A stretch of 38,898 bases of DNA from Candidatus Brocadiia bacterium (GTDB lineage Bacteria > Planctomycetota > Brocadiia > CAIUPP01). The stretch is taken from NCBI GenBank assembly GCA_050015075.1, contig JBEKCB010000038.1, forward strand, positions 1-38,898, written 5' to 3'. Positions 36,301-38,898 of the stretch are shown in pieces. The notes under the pieces were generated by a model. The model saw only the letters and a program-made list of their open reading frames with translations, did not search any database and was not told the DNA's origin. The position numbers and the translations under genes were made by a program. Numbering within the stretch: the stretch's first letter is position 1; every line of letters begins with the position of its first letter.

Positions 36301-38898
36301 TCACCCGCAGGCTGCGGCGTTCCGTTCAGAGTCCAGCAAGAGAAAGTGTATCCGGCCGGGTCCGTGGCCGGGGCCACGAGGTCCACGCTCGTCCCGTACG
36401 CAACGCCGACCACCGAGTAGTTGGTCGTTCCGGCGTCGCCCGTGCTCGAACCGATGCTCAACCCCGTGGGCGGCGTCGACTGCACCGTCAGCGTGTAGGT
36501 GTTCAATGTGTACTGGGCCACCGCAGTCACGGCCGCTGCGGGCATCGTGAACGTGATGCTTTTCAGCCCGGCAGTCTGTGCCACACCATTCACCGTCCAT
36601 TGCGAGAAGGTGTAGCCGGCCGGGTCCGTCGCGGGCGCTTGCAGGTTCACGCTCGTGCCGTACCCGACGCTCGGCACCGTGTAGTTCGTCGTGCCGCTGT
36701 CGCCTGAGATCGAAGTGATAGCGATCCCCGTCGGCGGCGTCGACTGTACTGTGAGCGTGTAGTTGTTCACCATGTAAACCGCCACCGCTGTCGTGGCCGT
36801 CGCGGGCATCGTGGGCGTGATTTCCTTCTGGCCCGCAGGCTGCGGCGTTCCGTTCAGGGTCCAGCAAGAGAAAGTGTATCCGGTTGGGTCTGTCGCAGGG
36901 GCTACCAGGTCCACGCTCGTGCCGTATGCGACGCTCGGCACCGTGTAGTTCGTAGTGCCGCCGTCGTCTGAGTTCGAACCGATACTCACTCCGGTCGGCC
37001 CTGCGGATGGCACCGCCGGAATAATCACAGGAAGAAATGGCGGAGGCGCCAAGGTGAAACGCGTGTCGAAAACATAGTTTTCGATGAATCCGGTCCCCGC
37101 GGTCGTGCCAACAGCGCCGCGTGTGCACTGGACGATGCCTCCGTACACGTGAAGAGTTTTCGCGGGCGAGGAGGTGTAGTACACATTCTCGAAGGAGCCG
37201 GTCACCGAGGTGCAGCTGGCCGTGATGTACATATCCGACGGAACGGCCGCCCATGATGCCGGATTTATGACGACGTTGCCGCCGGAGACGAGGGCGCATT
37301 TGCTCACCAGGAGCGGGTCGCTCTGGTTGAAACCGGCTGCGAACATCGTCGCGGGGTTCGCGGGATAGGAATAGACCAGGTTGTTGGTGATATCAATATC
37401 GTTGCCCAACGAGGTGCCGATGGTCACCTGTCCGGTGATGGTGCCGCTGACCTGGACGGTGTCCTGGAAGTAGAAGGCGCCGTTGGTCGCGGAGATCGCC
37501 GCGTTGTTGTACAGGGTCACCGGCGCTGTGCCATGCGGGCCGCCGCTGCCATTTTTCACGAGAGTGAAGGTGCCGCCTGTGTTGAACGTCAGGCTGTAGC
37601 CATTGCCGTTGTTGCTGGGCTCGGAAACTCCGCCGATATCGGCGGCGCTCTGGATCGCGGGGATATCGTTGCCGTTTATGACCGAGCTGAAGTTCAATGC
37701 GGGCGCGTTATAGATTATGCCGTCGGCGAACGTCGGATTATCATTCGGCGGGCCGCCGTTCATGTAGTTGAGCGTGGCGGCGCCGGTGTAGACGGGGCCA
37801 TTGAACACGGGATTGCCGTTAATGTTGAATTGGCCATTGGACCAGATCAGGCCGCTGACCTTGTCGCCGGTGGTGAAGAAGACACCATTCTCACTGTTGG
37901 TCAGCCATCCGAAAGACGCAAAGGTCACCGCGAAGTCCGTCGACAGAACGGTCAGCGTGTAGGTGTTCGGAAGATACTGCGCCACTGCCGTGGTGTCCGC
38001 GGCCATCGTGAACGTGACGGACTTCACACCGGCGGTCTGAGCCGTTCCATTCAGCGTCCACTGCGAGAAAGTGTAGCCGGCCGGGTCTGTCGCCGGCGCC
38101 TGAAGGTTCACGCTCGTCCCATAGCCGACGCTCGGCACCGTGTAGTTCGTCGTCCCGCCGTCGGCCGTGCTTGAAGTGACAACAACCCCGGTCGGCGGCG
38201 TGGACTGCACCGCCAACACGTAGGTGTTCAATGCATACTGCGCCACCGCCGTCGTGGCCGCGGTCATCATGAACGTGATGGACTTGAGCCCGGCGGTCTG
38301 CGCCACGCCGTTCACCGTCCATTGCGAGAAGGTATACCCGGCCGGGTCCGTTGCCGGCGCTTGCAGGTTCACGCTCGTCCCGTAGCCGACGCTCGGCACC
38401 GTGTAGTTTGTTGTCCCGCCGTCACCCGCGCTCGAACCGATGCTCAACCCCGTGGGCGGCGTGGACTGCACCGTCAACACGTAGGTGTTCAATGTATACT
38501 GCGCCACCGCCGTCGTGGCCGCAGTCAGCGTGAACGTTATGGACTTGAGCCCGGCGGTCTGCGCCACACCGTTCACTGTCCACTTCGAGAAGGTATACCC
38601 GGTCGGGTCCGTCGCCGGCGCCGCCAGGTTCACGCTCGTCCCGTAGCCGACGCTCGACACCGTGTAGTTCGTCGTCCCGCCGTCACCCACGCTCGAACCG
38701 ATGCTCAGCCCCGCCGGCGGCGTGGACTGCACCGTCAACACGTAGGTGTTCAATGTATACTGCGCCACCGCCGTTGTGGCCGCGGTCAGCGTGAACGTGA
38801 TGGACTTGAGCCCGGCGGTCTGCGCTGCGCCGTTCACTGTCCATTGCGAGAAGGTATAACCGGCCGGGTCCGTTGCCGGAGCTTGCAGGTTCACGCTC
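33357..38898 (-). CDS. Giant Thr/Ala/Gly-rich repeat surface protein (InlB-B/Listeria-Bacteroides-like beta repeats), 5'-truncated by the window
   Basis: More than 1845 aa, frame open to the window edge. 18 copies of the GYTF(S/E)xW motif. Unit consensus YTLTVQSTPPTG...YGTSVNLxAPATDPxGYTFSxWTVNG...SITFT...AVAQY. The family assignment is by resemblance. Confidence 0.9.
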   Translation of the reverse strand, partial: SVNLQAPATDPAGYTFSQWTVNGAAQTAGLKSITFTLTAATTAVAQYTLNTYVLTVQSTPPAGLSIGSSVGDGGTTNYTVSSVGYGTSVNLAAPATDPTGYTFSKWTVNGVAQTAGLKSITFTLTAATTAVAQYTLNTYVLTVQSTPPTGLSIGSSAGDGGTTNYTVPSVGYGTSVNLQAPATDPAGYTFSQWTVNGVAQTAGLKSITFMMTAATTAVAQYALNTYVLAVQSTPPTGVVVTSSTADGGTTNYTVPSVGYGTSVNLQAPATDPAGYTFSQWTLNGTAQTAGVKSVTFTMAADTTAVAQYLPNTYTLTVLSTDFAVTFASFGWLTNSENGVFFTTGDKVSGLIWSNGQFNINGNPVFNGPVYTGAATLNYMNGGPPNDNPTFADGIIYNAPALNFSSVINGNDIPAIQSAADIGGVSEPSNNGNGYSLTFNTGGTFTLVKNGSGGPHGTAPVTLYNNAAISATNGAFYFQDTVQVSGTITGQVTIGTSLGNDIDITNNLVYSYPANPATMFAAGFNQSDPLLVSKCALVSGGNVVINPASWAAVPSDMYITASCTSVTGSFENVYYTSSPAKTLHVYGGIVQCTRGAVGTTAGTGFIENYVFDTRFTLAPPPFLPVIIPAVPSAGPTGVSIGSNSDDGGTTNYTVPSVAYGTSVDLVAPATDPTGYTFSCWTLNGTPQPAGQKEITPTMPATATTAVAVYMVNNYTLTVQSTPPTGIAITSISGDSGTTNYTVPSVGYGTSVNLQAPATDPAGYTFSQWTVNGVAQTAGLKSITFTMPAAAVTAVAQYTLNTYTLTVQSTPPTGLSIGSSTGDAGTTNYSVVGVAYGTSVDLVAPATDPAGYTFSCWTLNGTPQPAGEKEIAPTLTAAMTAVAQYTMNVSTLMVQSTPPTGLSIGSSTGDVGTTSYTVPGITYGTSVNLQAPATDPAGYTFSQWTLNGTAQTSGLKSITFTMSAGTTAVAQYTAITCTLTVQSTPPTGLSIGSSTGDGATTNYTEPGIAYGTSVNLQAPATDPAGYTFSQWTVNGAAQTAGQKSVTFTMAADTTAVAQYTLNTYTLTVQSTPPTGIVITSSTADGGTTNYTVSSVGYGTSVNLAAPATDPLGYTFSQWTVNGAAQTAGLKSITFTLTAATTAVAQYTLNTYTLTVQSTPPTGLSIGSSAGDGGTTNYTVVGVAYGTSVDLQAPATDPAGYTFSCWTLNGTPQPAGEKEITPTLTAATTAVAQYTLNTYALTVQSTPPTGIVITSSTADGGATNYTVPSVGYGTSANLQAPATDPVGYTFSQWTVNGAAQTAGLKSITFTLTAATTAVAQYTLNTYALTVQSTPPTGLSIGSSTGNNGTTSYTNTVAYGTSVDLQAPATDPAGYTFSYWTLNGTPQPAGEKEITPTMPATAMTAVAVYTVNTYTLTVQSTPPTGVVVTSSTADGGTTNYTVTGVGYGTSVNLAAPATDPTGYTFSKWTVNGTAQTAGQKSVTFTMTAATTAVAQYTASTGYTLTVESTPPTGVAITSSTGDGGTTNYTVSSVAHGTKVNLVAPATDPTGYTFSKWTVNGTAQTAGLKSITFTLTAATTAVAQYTAKTYTLTVQSTPPTGAGITSSTGDGGKTNYTVSSVAYGTSVNLAAPATDPTGYTFSKWTVKGVAQTAGQKSVTFTLTAATTAVAQYTANIYAVTVQSTPPTGIAITSSTGDGGKTSYTVSSVAYGTKVNLAAPATNPTGYTFSKWTLNGVAQTAGQKSITFTLTGATTAVAQYTLNTYTLTVESMPATGVVITSSTGDGGKTSYTVSSVAYGTSVNLAVPATDPTGYTFEKWTVNGVTQPAGQKSITITVTGSTTAMATYARSTH
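33357..38898 (-). repeat. Tandem array of at least 18 units of ~261 bp (86-88 codons), interrupted once by a 939-bp unique segment
   Basis: Equivalent positions at 34933, 35194, 35455 and 35716 are exactly 261 bp apart, with high nucleotide similarity between units. Confidence 0.95.
36999..37937 (-). other. 313-aa non-repeat domain inserted in frame inside the fifth visible repeat unit (DUF4900/PilX-associated beta-helix-like)
   Basis: Flanks read YTLTVLST|DFAVTF...PPPFLPVIIPAVPSAG|PTGVSIG versus consensus YTLTVQST-P-PTG. The insert is Asn/Gly-rich and ends in YVFDTRF...PPPFLP. Confidence 0.8.

Noticed and set aside
36999-37937. Insert in the repeat protein as an intein, intron or IS
   Set aside because: It has no N-terminal Cys/Ser, no C-terminal His-Asn, no homing-endonuclease or transposase motifs and no terminal inverted repeats. 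It reads as an extracellular beta-rich domain.
33357-38898. Tandem array as a CRISPR array or non-coding satellite
   Set aside because: The period is 261 bp and in frame, variation is concentrated at synonymous positions, there are no unique spacers and no cas genes are present.

Overview
A GC-rich, densely coding bacterial chromosome segment. The gene content (Hanks kinase with TPR and FGE domains, HEAT-repeat and UroD-like proteins, many carbohydrate genes) suggests a Planctomycetota/PVC-type organism; this is inference only. About 26 CDS are supported: a GH78 rhamnosidase, PHP metallohydrolase, secreted HEAT-repeat/polysaccharide-deacetylase fusion, GNAT, MFS, transglutaminase-like protein, nitroreductase, an 817-aa candidate glycoside hydrolase, an orphan VirB11/CpaF-like ATPase, a PLD nuclease lipoprotein, an AAC(3)-family protein, Uup-like ABC-F, YwbE, an M48/YgjP-like protein, a RhlE-like DEAD-box helicase, a 1304-aa Ser/Thr kinase, a YXWGXW lipoprotein, a UroD-like protein, a CUT1 sugar ABC transporter without an ATPase, Gfo/Idh/MocA, a sugar isomerase and a DUF4832-like GH. 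The window ends in the 3' part of a giant surface protein built from at least 18 ~87-aa (261-bp) repeats. No rRNA, tRNA, CRISPR array, transposase, integrase or reverse transcriptase was seen. The most unusual structure is in the repeat gene. It has a 313-aa foreign domain inserted in frame inside one repeat unit, a decayed 19th unit just after the stop codon, and Lys-enriched terminal units with no recognisable anchor. Also notable are a ~155-aa insertion in the kinase FGE domain and two near-identical promoters (27/30 nt) 3.4 kb apart. All family calls come from motif recognition by eye, not database searches.
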